Position numbers and translations under genes: made by a program
The notes under the pieces: generated by a model
The model's input: only the letters and a program-made list of their open reading frames with translations
Told to the model about the DNA's origin: nothing
Database searches by the model: none
Shown here: piece after piece, positions 11,469 through 22,667 of the stretch
How the letters are laid out: each line of letters opens with the position of its first letter
Position numbering within the stretch: the stretch's first letter is position 1
Origin: an uncultured Pedobacter sp.
Lineage (GTDB): Bacteria > Bacteroidota > Bacteroidia > Sphingobacteriales > Sphingobacteriaceae
DNA length: 64,000 bases
NCBI GenBank assembly: GCA_964583395.1
Contig: CAZOVM010000005.1
Location: forward strand, 7,184-71,183
Direction of reading: 5' to 3'

Positions 11469-12515
11469 TTATGCCGGTTCTTGCTGACTTAAGCAATGCC
11501 AACTTCCCAGCCCCCAGATTACATCTACAGAATTAATTCCGATTACTTTACGATCCGGAAAACACTTTTGCAAGATTTCCAAAGCTTTATTGTCGTTAAC
11601 ATCTCCAAACACTGGAACAATGACCGCTGCATTGGCAATATAAAAATTAGCATACGATGCCGGTAGTCTGGTATCATCATAAATTACCGGTGATGGCATA
11701 GGTAACTCCACAATATTTAACGGTCTACCGTCTAACAAGCGCATCTTTTTTAAACTTTCTAAATTTTCTTGTAACAGGGCATAATTCTCATCATCAATAT
11801 TACTTTCTACAACAGTTACTACTGTGTCTTCGTTTACAAAACGTGTAATATCATCTATATGACCATCGGTATCATCGCCAACTATCCCGTCTCCTAACCA
11901 TAGAATTTGAGAAGCTCCGTAATACTCTTTTAAATACGTTTCAATTTCCTGCTTTGAAAGATGTGGATTTCTATTCTCATTTAACAAGCATGCCGTAGTG
12001 GTGAGAATGGTTCCATTACCATTGAACTCTACAGAGCCTCCTTCCATTACGATTCCCGGATGAAATACCGGAATATTAAAATGCGTACCAATTTTGGTTG
12101 GAATTACATCATCTAAATCGTACGGTGGATATTTATCTCCCCATGCGTTATAGCCCCAATCCACAATTACCTTTCGTATATCTGCACTTTCATTAATTAG
12201 AAAAGCTGGACCATGATCGCGACACCAAGCGTCATTAGATTCGTTAAAATAGAACTCTATGTTGGTTAAAATTGCATCCGTTTTTTCAATATGAGACAAA
12301 GCCAGTGATTTCATTGCCTCATCTTTTACATTTATGCGTACTTTTTCACCTTGCGAAACAGCCGCTATAAATAAGCTATAAGGCTCATATACAGTGTGTA
12401 ACTTGCCAGGCCACGATGCTTCCTTATGCGGCCAACTTAACCAAGTTGCTTCATGCTTTGCCCATTCGGCAGGAAAAGAGTAACCTAATTTATTTGGAGT
12501 AGATATGTTGTTCAT
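11469..12515 (-). CDS. aguA: Agmatine deiminase
   Basis: PAEW, WCRDHGP, EGG, DTDGHID, SYANFY, GSWHCLSQQ. Confidence 0.92.
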   Translation of the reverse strand: MNNISTPNKLGYSFPAEWAKHEATWLSWPHKEASWPGKLHTVYEPYSLFIAAVSQGEKVRINVKDEAMKSLALSHIEKTDAILTNIEFYFNESNDAWCRDHGPAFLINESADIRKVIVDWGYNAWGDKYPPYDLDDVIPTKIGTHFNIPVFHPGIVMEGGSVEFNGNGTILTTTACLLNENRNPHLSKQEIETYLKEYYGASQILWLGDGIVGDDTDGHIDDITRFVNEDTVVTVVESNIDDENYALLQENLESLKKMRLLDGRPLNIVELPMPSPVIYDDTRLPASYANFYIANAAVIVPVFGDVNDNKALEILQKCFPDRKVIGINSVDVIWGLGSWHCLSQQEPA

Positions 12516-12569
12516 TATTTTTTGTTATTAAGCGCTGAGCGAAAAGACTAAAAGCTTTAAGCATTCCGC

Positions 12570-13445
12570 TTAGTCCTCGTCTATAAACCTCTTAGTAATG
12601 GGTTGATAGGAGTCAATTCTTCTATCGCGTAAAAACGGCCAATGCTTACGTATATAATCGCTTTGATTTAAATCTAACTCTACAACTTTTGTTTCTTCCT
12701 GATCGTGTGAAGCTAAATAAAGTAATTTGCCTTGAGCATTGGTAGCAAAGCTTCCACCCCAAAACTTCATAGCTCCGTTTTGTTCAAACCCCACTCTATT
12801 CACACTTACTACCGGAACCCCGTTAGCAACAGAGTGCGAGCGTTGAATTGTCTGCCAAGCATTATATTGATCTTGATTGGTTTCTTCATCTTGGGTAGTA
12901 TCCCATCCTATTGCGGTTGGATAAAACATAATATCTGCACCCATTAGCGCAGTAATACGAGATGCCTCCGGATACCATTGATCCCAACAAATTAAGATAC
13001 CTATTTTAGCAAATTTGGTTTGAAAAACCTTATAACCTAAATCGCCGGGCGTAAAATAAAACTTCTCATAGTAAGCCGGATCATCAGGAATATGCATTTT
13101 TCTATATTTCCCTAAATAAGAACCATCGGCATCTAAAACTGCTGTTGTATTGTGATACAATCCTTGCGCTCTTTTTTCGAAAAGTGAAGCAATAATAACC
13201 ACACCTAATTCTTTTGCAACAGCCGATAAAGCATCTGTTGAAGGACCAGGAATAGACTCGGCCAAATCAAAATTTGAATAATCTTCTACATCACAAAAAT
13301 ATAAAGATGTAAAAAGCTCCTGCAGGCATACAATTTGTGCTCCATCTGCGGCAGCATCTCTAACTTTTACAATGGCTTTATCTAAATTTTCCTGCTTATT
13401 AGCAGAACAAGTCATTTGTACTAATCCAACTTTAACTTTGCTCAT
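12570..13445 (-). CDS. aguB: N-carbamoylputrescine amidase (carbon-nitrogen hydrolase)
   Basis: CLQELF, YRKMHIP, ICWDQWYPE catalytic E-K-C triad; adjacent to aguA. Confidence 0.85.
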   Translation of the reverse strand: MSKVKVGLVQMTCSANKQENLDKAIVKVRDAAADGAQIVCLQELFTSLYFCDVEDYSNFDLAESIPGPSTDALSAVAKELGVVIIASLFEKRAQGLYHNTTAVLDADGSYLGKYRKMHIPDDPAYYEKFYFTPGDLGYKVFQTKFAKIGILICWDQWYPEASRITALMGADIMFYPTAIGWDTTQDEETNQDQYNAWQTIQRSHSVANGVPVVSVNRVGFEQNGAMKFWGGSFATNAQGKLLYLASHDQEETKVVELDLNQSDYIRKHWPFLRDRRIDSYQPITKRFIDED

Positions 13446-13610
13446 AATTTTTGATTCTTATTTCAACTTATTCACTCTTCATTAAGAATAAACAGTCAAA
13501 TTTAAATTAAGTTACAAAGTTATGGAAAAACGGGCTATCAACATAGTTTATACCCTAAAGACTTATATCCTTATTTAAAAAATACTATTTTATTAAAAAG
13601 CATCTTCTTT

Positions 13611-13820
13611 TTATGTGAACTCCAATAGATATTGAGCTTTTAACTCTGTTAAACATTTTGCGCACAAGCACCCGTCAAAAAGTTCGCTTATATATTGCGT
13701 TTCAGAAATATTTAATTGCACAGCACTACATTGACATTTTGTATAGGCATTTGCCTTACAAACTATTAGTTCTTTGCAACGTTCGCAATTTATTTCTTCA
13801 TGTTTTGAGCGGTCATTCAT
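13611..13820 (-). CDS. Cysteine-rich CWC family small protein
   Basis: CERC...C...CQC...CLCAKC pattern; ATG at 13820 is a more likely start than 13853. Confidence 0.75.
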   Translation of the reverse strand: MNDRSKHEEINCERCKELIVCKANAYTKCQCSAVQLNISETQYISELFDGCLCAKCLTELKAQYLLEFT

Positions 13821-13883
13821 TAACAACAAATATACCTGCTCTCTGCAGTACAAACGAAAAATTATCCTAAAAAAGAATAACCT

Positions 13884-14624
13884 CTATTTATAAATAAAGT
13901 TTAGTCCACCGCCACTTGCATCTCGTCTGGTAGTAGGATAACCAGATTTATTATATTCATAATTGTATTTAATTATAAATCCAGCATTGTCTACTTCTTT
14001 AAGATTATTCTCATAAAACTCTCCACTGTTCATGTAAAACAAGATTCTACTCATAGTAGAATAAGGATTTTTCTTATCATCGAACGTATATTTAGTTGTA
14101 CTATTTTGAAAAGTATAGTTATTAAATACTGTTGCAGTGGCAGGATTTTTCGAAGCTCCATCATAATGATAGGTATAAGAAGCATCATCATTCATGCTGC
14201 TAGACACTCTATTACTTGCATCGTAGGTGAAATAATAGGTAGTAATTCTACTTTTAAAATCTTTTTTCGATTCTGTAATGTTTCCATTGGCATCGTAAAC
14301 AAACTCCCATGTTATTGGCTCATTACCTTCCAACTTATTTATTCCTTCTATTTTATTTATTTTCTGGGCGGCGTTACGCTCTACTTTGGTATATTCTACC
14401 ATGGGTGTTTCGTCTGTTCTAAATGTTTTTATAGAAGAAATATTTGTATTTGAGGCATCAAACTGTACTTCTACTATAGTTGTAGCTACTTTCGTGCTTC
14501 CGTTTACATACTGCACTTTTGTTAAAATCTGTCCGTCAGAATTTTCTAAATCTTTCTCTATATCTTCTTTACCACAGGCACTCACAACTAATGAGATGAT
14601 CAAACCAAAAACTATCTTTTTCAT
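13884..14624 (-). CDS. Lipoprotein with YD-like/aromatic beta repeats (DUF4595-like)
   Basis: MKKIVFGLIISLVVSAC lipobox; FVYDANGN, FTYDASNR, YEYNKSGYP repeats; FDDKKNPY. Confidence 0.6.
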   Translation of the reverse strand: MKKIVFGLIISLVVSACGKEDIEKDLENSDGQILTKVQYVNGSTKVATTIVEVQFDASNTNISSIKTFRTDETPMVEYTKVERNAAQKINKIEGINKLEGNEPITWEFVYDANGNITESKKDFKSRITTYYFTYDASNRVSSSMNDDASYTYHYDGASKNPATATVFNNYTFQNSTTKYTFDDKKNPYSTMSRILFYMNSGEFYENNLKEVDNAGFIIKYNYEYNKSGYPTTRRDASGGGLNFIYK

Positions 14625-14687
14625 ACGCTTAAAATTTGTTGTTAAATTAAAAGTTGAAAAAGCCTTCATCAATACGAAAAACTGCGT

Positions 14688-14721
14688 AAAAAAAATCCCG
14701 ACTACAATGCAGCCGGGATTT
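14688..14721 (-). terminator. Intrinsic terminator after nrdA
   Basis: Minus strand AAATCCCGGCTGC-ATT-GTAGTCGGGATTT followed by a T run. Confidence 0.75.
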
Positions 14722-14751
14722 AGGATATTCTCAGTTAGTTTGTTCTCTTAA

Positions 14752-17130
14752 TTATCCAGAGCAACTAATACAACCTTCTTCCATTGAACACATTGGTCCT
14801 GCTGGAATTTCGTCTTGTACTTGTTCTACATGTTCCGGTATAACAGCTTCAATTGCTTTTCCAGCTTGATTTTCTACTGTAAATTTCACTGCTTGAGAAG
14901 CAGCTTGTGTACGCAGGTAGTACATTCCTGTTTTCAAGCCTTTTTTCCAAGCGTAGAAGTGCATTGAAGTCAGTTTTGAAGTGTTTGGAGCATTAATGAA
15001 TAAATTCAATGATTGAGATTGACAGATATAAGCACCTCTATCGGCCGCCATATCAATAATGTTTCTCATTTTAATTTCCCAAACTGTTTTATACAATTCT
15101 TTGATGTAATCAGGAATTTCATCTATGTTCTGAATAGATCCGTTAGCAAGGATAATTCTATCTTTCATACTGTTATTCCACAGCCCTAATGCTACTAAAT
15201 CTTTCAATAAGTGTTTGTTTACAACAATAAACTCTCCACTTAAAACACGTCTTGTATAAATGTTAGATGTATATGGCTCAAAACATTCGTTATTTCCTAA
15301 AATCTGAGAAGTTGAAGCTGTAGGCATTGGCGCAACCAATAGAGAGTTATATACACCATGTTTTACTACTTGTTTACGTAATCCTTCCCAATCCCATCTG
15401 TTACTATCTGGTTTAACATCCCAAAGATCAAACTGGAATTTACCTTTTGAAAGTGGTGAACCTTTGAATGTTTCGTATGATCCATGCTGCATTGCAAGAT
15501 CTTTAGAAGCTGTCATTGAAGCGAAATAGATGGTTTCAAATATTTCTTTGTTCAATTGTTTAGCAGCATCACTTTCAAATGGCATTCTTAATAAGATAAA
15601 TGCATCTGCTAATCCTTGAACCCCCAACCCTACCGGTCTGTGACGCATATTAGAATTGCGTGCTTCTTCTACCGGATAGTAGTTATAATCAATAATTTTA
15701 TTAAGGTTTAATGTAGCCTGATAAGTAACATCATATAGTTTTTGGTGATCAAATTCACCATTAATAACAAATCTAGGCAATGCTAAAGAAGCTAAGTTAC
15801 ATACTGCAACTTCATCTTTAGAGGTATACTCGATAATCTCGGTACATAAGTTTGAACTTTTAATTGTACCTAAATTTTGCTGATTAGATTTACTGTTAGC
15901 AGCGTCTTTATACAATAAATACGGTGTACCTGTCTCTATTTGAGCATCTAGTATAGCAAACCAAAGTTCTTGAGCTTTGATGGTTTTTCTGGCTTTACCT
16001 TCTTTTTCATAACGCTCATATAACGCATCGAACTCAGCGCCAAAGCAATCTGCTAAACCAGGTGCTTCGTGTGGACAGAATAAACTCCAATCACCATTTT
16101 CTTCTACTCTGCGCATGAATAAATCGCATACCCAAAGAGCATAGAATAAATCTCTAGCACGCATTTCTTCCTTACCATGATTTTTTCTTAAATCTAGGAA
16201 ACTAAAGATATCTGCATGCCAAGGTTCTAAATAAATGGCGAAAGCACCTTTTCTTTTACCTCCACCTTGATCAACGTATCTGGCTGTATCATTAAAGACT
16301 TTCAACATTGGAATAATACCATTACTTGTACCATTGGTACCGCCTATATAAGAACCTGTAGCTCTGATATTATGGATACTCAATCCGATACCTCCGGCAC
16401 TTTGAGATATTTTTGCCGTTTGTTTTAATGTATCATAAATACCTTCTATACTATCTTCTTGCATGGTTAATAAAAAGCAAGACGACATTTGAGGTTTAGG
16501 CGTAGCTGCATTAAATAAGGTTGGTGTAGCATGTGTAAACCAGCGCTCACTCATTAAGTTGTAGGTTTTAATTACACTTTCTATATCCGATTTATGAATA
16601 CCTACCGAAACACGCATAAATAAATGTTGAGGACGCTCAACAATTTTTCCATCTAACTTTAGCAGATACGATTTTTCTAAAGTTTTAAATCCGAAATAAT
16701 CAAATCCAAAATCGCGGTCATAAATAATGGTGCTATCCAAGATATCTGCATTCTCTTTAATTACTTCGTATACATCAGTAGCCAATAGAGGAGCTTCTTT
16801 TTCCGTTTTTGGATCTACATAATTATAAAGCATTTCCATTGTTTTTGAAAACGATTTAATTGTATTCTTATGTAGGTTTGAAACTGCAATACGGGAAGCC
16901 AACAACGCGTAGTCTGGATGTTTGGTTGTAAGAGATGCAGCTGTTTCTGCCGCTAAATTATCCAATTCTGAGGTAGTTACGCCATCATACAACCCTTCAA
17001 TAACTTTTTTAGCTACATCAATAGGATCTACCAGTTCGGCGTTAAAACCATAACACAACTTTTCTATTCTGGCTGTGATTTTGTCAAATTGTACCGCTTC
17101 TTTGCGGCCATCTCTTTTAAGTACAAACAT
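14752..17130 (-). CDS. nrdA: Class Ia ribonucleotide reductase, alpha subunit
   Basis: N-terminal ATP cone (VLKRDGRKE), MSSCFL, SNLCTEI, VCNLASL, MYYLR, C-terminal CISC. Confidence 0.98.
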   Translation of the reverse strand: MFVLKRDGRKEAVQFDKITARIEKLCYGFNAELVDPIDVAKKVIEGLYDGVTTSELDNLAAETAASLTTKHPDYALLASRIAVSNLHKNTIKSFSKTMEMLYNYVDPKTEKEAPLLATDVYEVIKENADILDSTIIYDRDFGFDYFGFKTLEKSYLLKLDGKIVERPQHLFMRVSVGIHKSDIESVIKTYNLMSERWFTHATPTLFNAATPKPQMSSCFLLTMQEDSIEGIYDTLKQTAKISQSAGGIGLSIHNIRATGSYIGGTNGTSNGIIPMLKVFNDTARYVDQGGGKRKGAFAIYLEPWHADIFSFLDLRKNHGKEEMRARDLFYALWVCDLFMRRVEENGDWSLFCPHEAPGLADCFGAEFDALYERYEKEGKARKTIKAQELWFAILDAQIETGTPYLLYKDAANSKSNQQNLGTIKSSNLCTEIIEYTSKDEVAVCNLASLALPRFVINGEFDHQKLYDVTYQATLNLNKIIDYNYYPVEEARNSNMRHRPVGLGVQGLADAFILLRMPFESDAAKQLNKEIFETIYFASMTASKDLAMQHGSYETFKGSPLSKGKFQFDLWDVKPDSNRWDWEGLRKQVVKHGVYNSLLVAPMPTASTSQILGNNECFEPYTSNIYTRRVLSGEFIVVNKHLLKDLVALGLWNNSMKDRIILANGSIQNIDEIPDYIKELYKTVWEIKMRNIIDMAADRGAYICQSQSLNLFINAPNTSKLTSMHFYAWKKGLKTGMYYLRTQAASQAVKFTVENQAGKAIEAVIPEHVEQVQDEIPAGPMCSMEEGCISCSG

Positions 17131-17205
17131 ATAATTCTGGTATTTAGAGTAACCTAAGGTCTTCTATAGGTTACTTAGTTTTAGTTAAAATAATTCAAAT
17201 AATTT

Positions 17206-18183
17206 CTAGAAATCTTCGTCTAAAGAGAAAGCTTGCGCTTTATCTTCTGTTGATGTTAAAACACCACTCTTTTGATAATCACCAACCCTTTTCTCAAAGA
17301 AATTGGTTTTACCTTGAAGTGATATCATCTCCATAAAATCAAATGGGTTAGTTGCGTTGTAAACTTTAGTGTAACCTAGTTCTTGTAACCAACGATCAGC
17401 TACAAACTCAATATATTGGCTCATTAATTTAGCATTCATTCCAATTAATGCTACTGGCAATGCATCGGTAATAAATTCTTTTTCAATTTCTACCGCATCT
17501 TTAATAATGCCATGTACTACATCTTGTGACAGTTTGTTTTTAAGCATGCCATACAACAAGCAAGCAAACTCGCAATGCGAACCCTCGTCTCTAGAAATTA
17601 GTTCATTACTAAAAGTAAGCCCTGGCATTAAACCACGTTTCTTAAGCCAAAAAATAGAGCAGAAACTACCGCTGAAAAAGATCCCTTCTACTGCAGCAAA
17701 AGCAACTAATCTTTCTGCAAAACTTCCGTTCTCTATCCATCGTAAAGCCCACTCTGCTTTCTTCTTAACGCAAGGAACCGTTTCTATTGCATTAAAAAGT
17801 CTGTTTTTCTCTTCAGGATCATTAACATAAGTATCTATTAATAATGCATAGGTTTCTGAATGGATATTCTCCATCATAATTTGAAAACCATAATAACATC
17901 TAGCTTCAGGAAGTTGAACCTCGCTCATGAAATTCACTGCTAAATTCTCATTCACAATTCCATCACTCGCGGCAAAAAACGCTAGAATATGAGAAATGAA
18001 GTGACGCTCTCCGCTATTTAAATTTTCCCAATGTTTTAAATCATCAGATAAATCTATTTCTTCGGCTGTCCAAAAACTAGCTTCTGCTTTCTTATACATC
18101 TCCCAAATTTCAGGATACTTAATAGGCAATAATACAAAGCGGTCTTTGTTCTCTTTAAGCAATAATTCTTCTTCTTCTTTCAT
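17206..18183 (-). CDS. nrdB: Class Ia ribonucleotide reductase, beta subunit
   Basis: [16 protein letters not shown] (radical Tyr), [20 protein letters not shown]. Confidence 0.98.
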   Translation of the reverse strand: MKEEEELLLKENKDRFVLLPIKYPEIWEMYKKAEASFWTAEEIDLSDDLKHWENLNSGERHFISHILAFFAASDGIVNENLAVNFMSEVQLPEARCYYGFQIMMENIHSETYALLIDTYVNDPEEKNRLFNAIETVPCVKKKAEWALRWIENGSFAERLVAFAAVEGIFFSGSFCSIFWLKKRGLMPGLTFSNELISRDEGSHCEFACLLYGMLKNKLSQDVVHGIIKDAVEIEKEFITDALPVALIGMNAKLMSQYIEFVADRWLQELGYTKVYNATNPFDFMEMISLQGKTNFFEKRVGDYQKSGVLTSTEDKAQAFSLDEDF

Positions 18184-18346
18184 CGTATCTAATTTTAAGG
18201 TTTCCTAAAAGCCGTTTCTTTAAAAAATTATAGCCGTCGAGCGCACAAGCCCAAACTATCTTGCTGTAAGTCAGAGCATAAGGTGTTTAATTACTAAACG
18301 GTTATAAAAATTGAGAGAGTGGTTTTTTTAAAGAACTTTCTTAAAA

Positions 18347-18354
18347 CAAATATA
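18347..18354 (-). promoter_or_regulatory. -7 promoter element for nrdB, implying a ~155-nt 5' leader
   Basis: Minus strand TATATTTG = TAnnTTTG. Confidence 0.55.
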
Positions 18355-18674
18355 AAAATGAATGCCGTCGAAGCCTATTAAAGTTGTTAACACAATTTAT
18401 TATATCGTTAAAAACATATACTATTTACAGCCATTTTCGACTAAAAAAAAAGGTAATTATTTCGAATTAAGGGGTTACGAAAAAAAACAAGGTGTTAATA
18501 AGTTTTATTTTTCTCTTTAAACAGATTGAAATCATCGTGCATATTCACCTAATAAGTTAGGTAATAACCACCAACAAAAAACAACATAAAAATCAATAAA
18601 TCAATTTGTTATACATATTAATCTCGCATAGATTAACTAAGATGAAAATGGCATTATCTATTTTGAAAACCTTG

Positions 18675-19064
18675 TTAGTTATCAATCTCTAATGTATAGA
18701 AAATCTCAACTTTTGCAACCCCTTTTTTATACAGTCCAATCTCTTTAGCTGCACGTTCGCTTAAATCGATACCAAATTTCTTACTATGTGGACCACGATC
18801 GTTTACTTCTACAGTAACTGACTTTCCATTACTTAAATTAGTAACTGTTACATCCGTTCCGAAAGGTAGTGTAAGATGGGCTGCAGTTAATTTTTCTCCT
18901 CTATATCTTACACCACTAGCCGTTTTTCTACCTTCAAATTTTTTGTGGTAATAAGTGGCATAAATTGTTTTGGTACAAGAATCTATTTCTTTCTTTAAAT
19001 CGCCTTGCGCAAATAAACAAGCAGAAGAAAATAAAAAAACAACAGTAAGAATAGATTTAATCAT
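18675..19064 (-). CDS. rlpA: RlpA-like (double-psi beta-barrel) lytic transglycosylase
   Basis: ATYY...GRKTASG...LTAAH.TLPFGT.V.VTNL.NGKSV.V.VNDRGP...IDLS. Confidence 0.88.
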   Translation of the reverse strand: MIKSILTVVFLFSSACLFAQGDLKKEIDSCTKTIYATYYHKKFEGRKTASGVRYRGEKLTAAHLTLPFGTDVTVTNLSNGKSVTVEVNDRGPHSKKFGIDLSERAAKEIGLYKKGVAKVEIFYTLEIDN

Positions 19065-19201
19065 ACGTAATTAACGCTGGTTCAATATTAAATATAATAA
19101 AAAAATTTGAAATACCCAAAAATTCAGACAAAAAAATAACGCTGCTTAAAACTAATGCGGCGTTATCTACTATCTAAAATCAGATGATTAATCTGGAAGT
19201 T

Positions 19202-19681
19202 TTATTTTTTATCGGCCACAAAATTCATAGAAATAGAATTTACGCAATGTCTTGTATTTTTCGCCGTAAATCCCTCTCCCTCAAAAACATGCCCTAAATG
19301 TCCGTTGCATTTAGCACAAACTATTTCCGTTCTACGACCATCCACATCTGGCAACCTTAAAACAGCACCTTCAATTTCATCATCGAAACTTGGCCATCCA
19401 CAATACGATTCAAATTTAGTTTCCGAGCGATAAAGCGGTGCATTGCAACGCTTACAGATGTAGGTGCCTTTTTCTTTATTATTTAATAACTTCCCTGTAT
19501 TAGGCATTTCAGTTCCTTTATGAACAATAACCGCCTCTTCCTCTTTAGTTAATTTATTCCATTCCATTTTTTGACTCGTTTTTGTATTCGTCGATTTATT
19601 TTTTTCCTGCGCACATGAATTAAGGCTTGCAAATAAACAAACCAATCCTATAAGAATCCCAATTTTAAAAGCATTATACAT
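19202..19681 (-). CDS. msrB: Peptide-methionine (R)-S-oxide reductase, lipoprotein
   Basis: GTE, CKRC, KFESYCGWPSF, RTEIVC..C..HLGHVF, RHCVNS. Start at 19681 gives the lipobox LNSC; the track start at 19777 overlaps the sucD terminator region. Confidence 0.93.
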   Translation of the reverse strand: MYNAFKIGILIGLVCLFASLNSCAQEKNKSTNTKTSQKMEWNKLTKEEEAVIVHKGTEMPNTGKLLNNKEKGTYICKRCNAPLYRSETKFESYCGWPSFDDEIEGAVLRLPDVDGRRTEIVCAKCNGHLGHVFEGEGFTAKNTRHCVNSISMNFVADKK

Positions 19682-19777
19682 ATTGTAATATTTAAACGAA
19701 ATACGTGATTTTAACAGCTTAATATTCAAATTTAAGGAAACTATATGGCAATAATGTCTATTTAATTGTAAAAGCAT

Positions 19778-19813
19778 AAAAAAAAAGCCTCTTCCAAATA
19801 TTTGGAAGAGGCT
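19778..19813 (-). terminator. Intrinsic terminator after sucD
   Basis: AGCCTCTTCCAAA / TTTGGAAGAGGCT inverted repeat with a T run on the minus strand. Confidence 0.85.
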
Positions 19814-19834
19814 ATATATTTTGATTTAAAGAAA

Positions 19835-20707
19835 TTATTTTCCTAAAACTTTAACCATGGCAGCTCCAATTTCTGCCGGACTTTCAACCACTGTAATTCC
19901 GCATTCAGCCATAATTTTCATTTTGGCTGCAGCCGTATCATCGGCTCCACCTACAATAGCACCTGCATGTCCCATTCTACGTCCCGGAGGCGCTGTTTGA
20001 CCCGCAATAAACCCTACTACAGGTTTGGTTCCATGCTCTTTAATCCAAAGTGCAGCTTCAGCTTCCATTCCACCACCAATTTCACCAATCATGATAATAC
20101 CTTCAGTTTCATCATCATTCATCAATAATTCAACCGCTTCTTTCGTTGTAGTTCCAATAATTGGATCTCCACCAATACCTATTGCAGTAGTAATACCCAT
20201 TCCAGCTTTCACAACTTGATCTACCGCTTCATAAGTAAGTGTTCCTGATTTAGAAACTACACCAATTTTACCTTTTTTGAAGATAAAACCTGGCATAATA
20301 CCAATTTTAGCTTCGTCTGCAGTAATAATTCCCGGACAGTTTGGTCCTATTAATCTACAATCTTTATCAGATAAATATGATTTTACTTGAATCATATCTT
20401 TTGTTGGAATTCCCTCAGTTATACAAACAATTACCTTAATTCCAGCTTCAGCAGCTTCCATAATTGCATCTGCAGCAAACGGAGGAGGTACAAAAATAAT
20501 AGAAACATTAGCTCCGGCCTTATCAACAGCATCTTTAACTGTATTAAAAACTGGTTTATCTAAATGCGTCTGACCACCTTTTCCGGGCGTTACACCACCA
20601 ACTACATTTGTTCCATATGCAATCATTTGTTCAGCATGGTAAGTACCCTCATTTCCGGTAAAACCCTGAACGATAACCTTCGAATCTTTATTTACTAAAA
20701 CACTCAT
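19835..20707 (-). CDS. sucD: Succinyl-CoA synthetase alpha subunit
   Basis: [35 protein letters not shown] (phospho-His). Confidence 0.98.
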   Translation of the reverse strand: MSVLVNKDSKVIVQGFTGNEGTYHAEQMIAYGTNVVGGVTPGKGGQTHLDKPVFNTVKDAVDKAGANVSIIFVPPPFAADAIMEAAEAGIKVIVCITEGIPTKDMIQVKSYLSDKDCRLIGPNCPGIITADEAKIGIMPGFIFKKGKIGVVSKSGTLTYEAVDQVVKAGMGITTAIGIGGDPIIGTTTKEAVELLMNDDETEGIIMIGEIGGGMEAEAALWIKEHGTKPVVGFIAGQTAPPGRRMGHAGAIVGGADDTAAAKMKIMAECGITVVESPAEIGAAMVKVLGK

Positions 20708-20885
20708 GTATGTTCTTTATTTTATGCAAATCTAATTATTTCAGCCTACTTTACAAGGTAAATTCCGAATTTATAAGTGAAATTTCACACATTAAATTAC
20801 CGAAACCCCGTTTAATGTCTGTTTTACTTATCCGTAAAAAAAATAATACGTTTCTATAACTCTATTATTTCAGAAAACTCACCTA

Positions 20886-22667
20886 CTAATTCGCAATTCC
20901 TACACTCGAAAACTGCAAATCGTATAACGTTTTATAATACCCGTTTAAGCGCAACAATTCCTTGTGTGTACCCATCTCCATAATCTCGCCTTTCTCAAGC
21001 ACAATAATTTTATCGGCCTTTTGTATGGTCGACAATCTATGCGCAATTACAACAGACGTGCGACCTTCCATTAATCTTTCTATAGCAGACTGTATCATCA
21101 TCTCGCTCTCGGTATCTACAGATGAAGTTGCCTCATCCAATACCAATATAGCGGGGTCATAAACCAACGCTCTGATAAAAGAAATGAGTTGTGCCTGGCC
21201 AGCCGACAAAGTAGCTCCACGCTCCATTACATTGTAATTATAACCACCAGGAAGCTTCTCAATAAAGCTGTGTGCCCCAACTTTCTTAGCCGCATCTACC
21301 ACCCGTTCTAAAGAAATATCCGGATTATTTAAGGTAATGTTGTTATAAATAGTATCAGAAAATAAGAATACATCCTGAAGTACCGTAGCTATATTATTTC
21401 TCAAATAAGAAAGCTCGTATTGTTCTATTGGAACTCCATCTACCTTAATCTCTCCGCGCTGTATATCATAAAATCTATTTAAAATATTTATGATGGTCGA
21501 TTTACCGGCTCCGGTAGCCCCTACAAATGCAACAGTTTGCCCGGACTTTACATCAAAACTAATATCCTTTAAAACATAATTAGAAGAATCTTCACCCTGG
21601 CTATATGTAAACCACACTTTGTTAAAAGATATACTTCCCGTTAATTTTTCAGGTTGCAAAACTCCTTTATTCTCCGTTTTATCATCCGTATCTAATACCT
21701 TAAAAACTCTCTCCGCACCTACCATTCCCATTTGCAGGGTATTAAACTTATCTGCCAGCTCCCGTATTGGGCGAAACAGCATATTTAAATACAAAATAAA
21801 TTCTGTTATTGTTCCCGGCGTAACATCCATCGGCTTTGCCAATACACTTTTTGCCCCATACCAAACCAACAAACCCAACGACGCAGCCGAAATAATTTCA
21901 ACTACCGGAAAGAATATAGAATAATACCAATTAGAACGTATGTTCGCATCGCGATAACGCCCGTTAATTGCTTTAAATTTCCTGTATTCCTGGCGTTCTC
22001 TTGCAAAATATTGAATGATTGCAATTCCGGTAATATGTTCCTGTAAATAAGTGTTTAAATTAGAAACTTCTGTTCTAACCGACTGAAATGCTCCTTTAAT
22101 AGCTCTTTGAAAAATAGACGTTGCGATTAACAATAAAGGAATTGGCACCAATACAACAGCGGTTAATTCCCAATCCTTATAAATCATCCAAGTTAAAATA
22201 ACTGCAACCTGCAATAAATCGCCCAGAATAGCAACCAATCCTTCAGCAAAAATATCAGAGATGGTCTCCATATCAGAAACGGTCCTAGTTATTAACTGCC
22301 CGATCGGCGTTTTATCAAAATATCTTAAACGTAACTTAGTAATATGTTTAAAAACATTTATGCGTAAATCGCGGATAGCCGATTGACCCAACATATTGGT
22401 AGTTAATAATTGAGCGTACTGCGTAACCGTCTGTACCACCAACAACACAACCATTATAATAGTCATGGTTACTAAGCCATTGTAATTGCTCTTAAAAATA
22501 TATTCATCTAACGTATGCCCTATTAACCAAGGTCTGATAGGCGCTATTATAGCTGATAAAATAGTTAAGATGAACGACCAAACAAATAGCTTCTTATAAG
22601 GCCTTATATATTGCAAGACCCGTCTCAATAAACCATAATTAAAAGCCTGTCCCGCTACTTTACTCAT
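20886..22667 (-). CDS. ABC exporter, fused TMD-NBD (MsbA/MdlB-like)
   Basis: Six-TM N-terminus, GATGAGKST, LSAGQ, LDEATS, IAHRLST. Confidence 0.92.
   Translation of the reverse strand: MSKVAGQAFNYGLLRRVLQYIRPYKKLFVWSFILTILSAIIAPIRPWLIGHTLDEYIFKSNYNGLVTMTIIMVVLLVVQTVTQYAQLLTTNMLGQSAIRDLRINVFKHITKLRLRYFDKTPIGQLITRTVSDMETISDIFAEGLVAILGDLLQVAVILTWMIYKDWELTAVVLVPIPLLLIATSIFQRAIKGAFQSVRTEVSNLNTYLQEHITGIAIIQYFARERQEYRKFKAINGRYRDANIRSNWYYSIFFPVVEIISAASLGLLVWYGAKSVLAKPMDVTPGTITEFILYLNMLFRPIRELADKFNTLQMGMVGAERVFKVLDTDDKTENKGVLQPEKLTGSISFNKVWFTYSQGEDSSNYVLKDISFDVKSGQTVAFVGATGAGKSTIINILNRFYDIQRGEIKVDGVPIEQYELSYLRNNIATVLQDVFLFSDTIYNNITLNNPDISLERVVDAAKKVGAHSFIEKLPGGYNYNVMERGATLSAGQAQLISFIRALVYDPAILVLDEATSSVDTESEMMIQSAIERLMEGRTSVVIAHRLSTIQKADKIIVLEKGEIMEMGTHKELLRLNGYYKTLYDLQFSSVGIAN

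Noticed and set aside
18262-18278. CTGTAA..AGTCAGA resembling a cobalamin riboswitch fragment upstream of nrdB
   Set aside because: On the wrong strand for nrdB, too compressed, and the other B12-element motifs are absent
18340-18430. Possible NrdR boxes upstream of nrdB
   Set aside because: No convincing palindromic acaCwAtATaTwGtg match in AT-rich sequence
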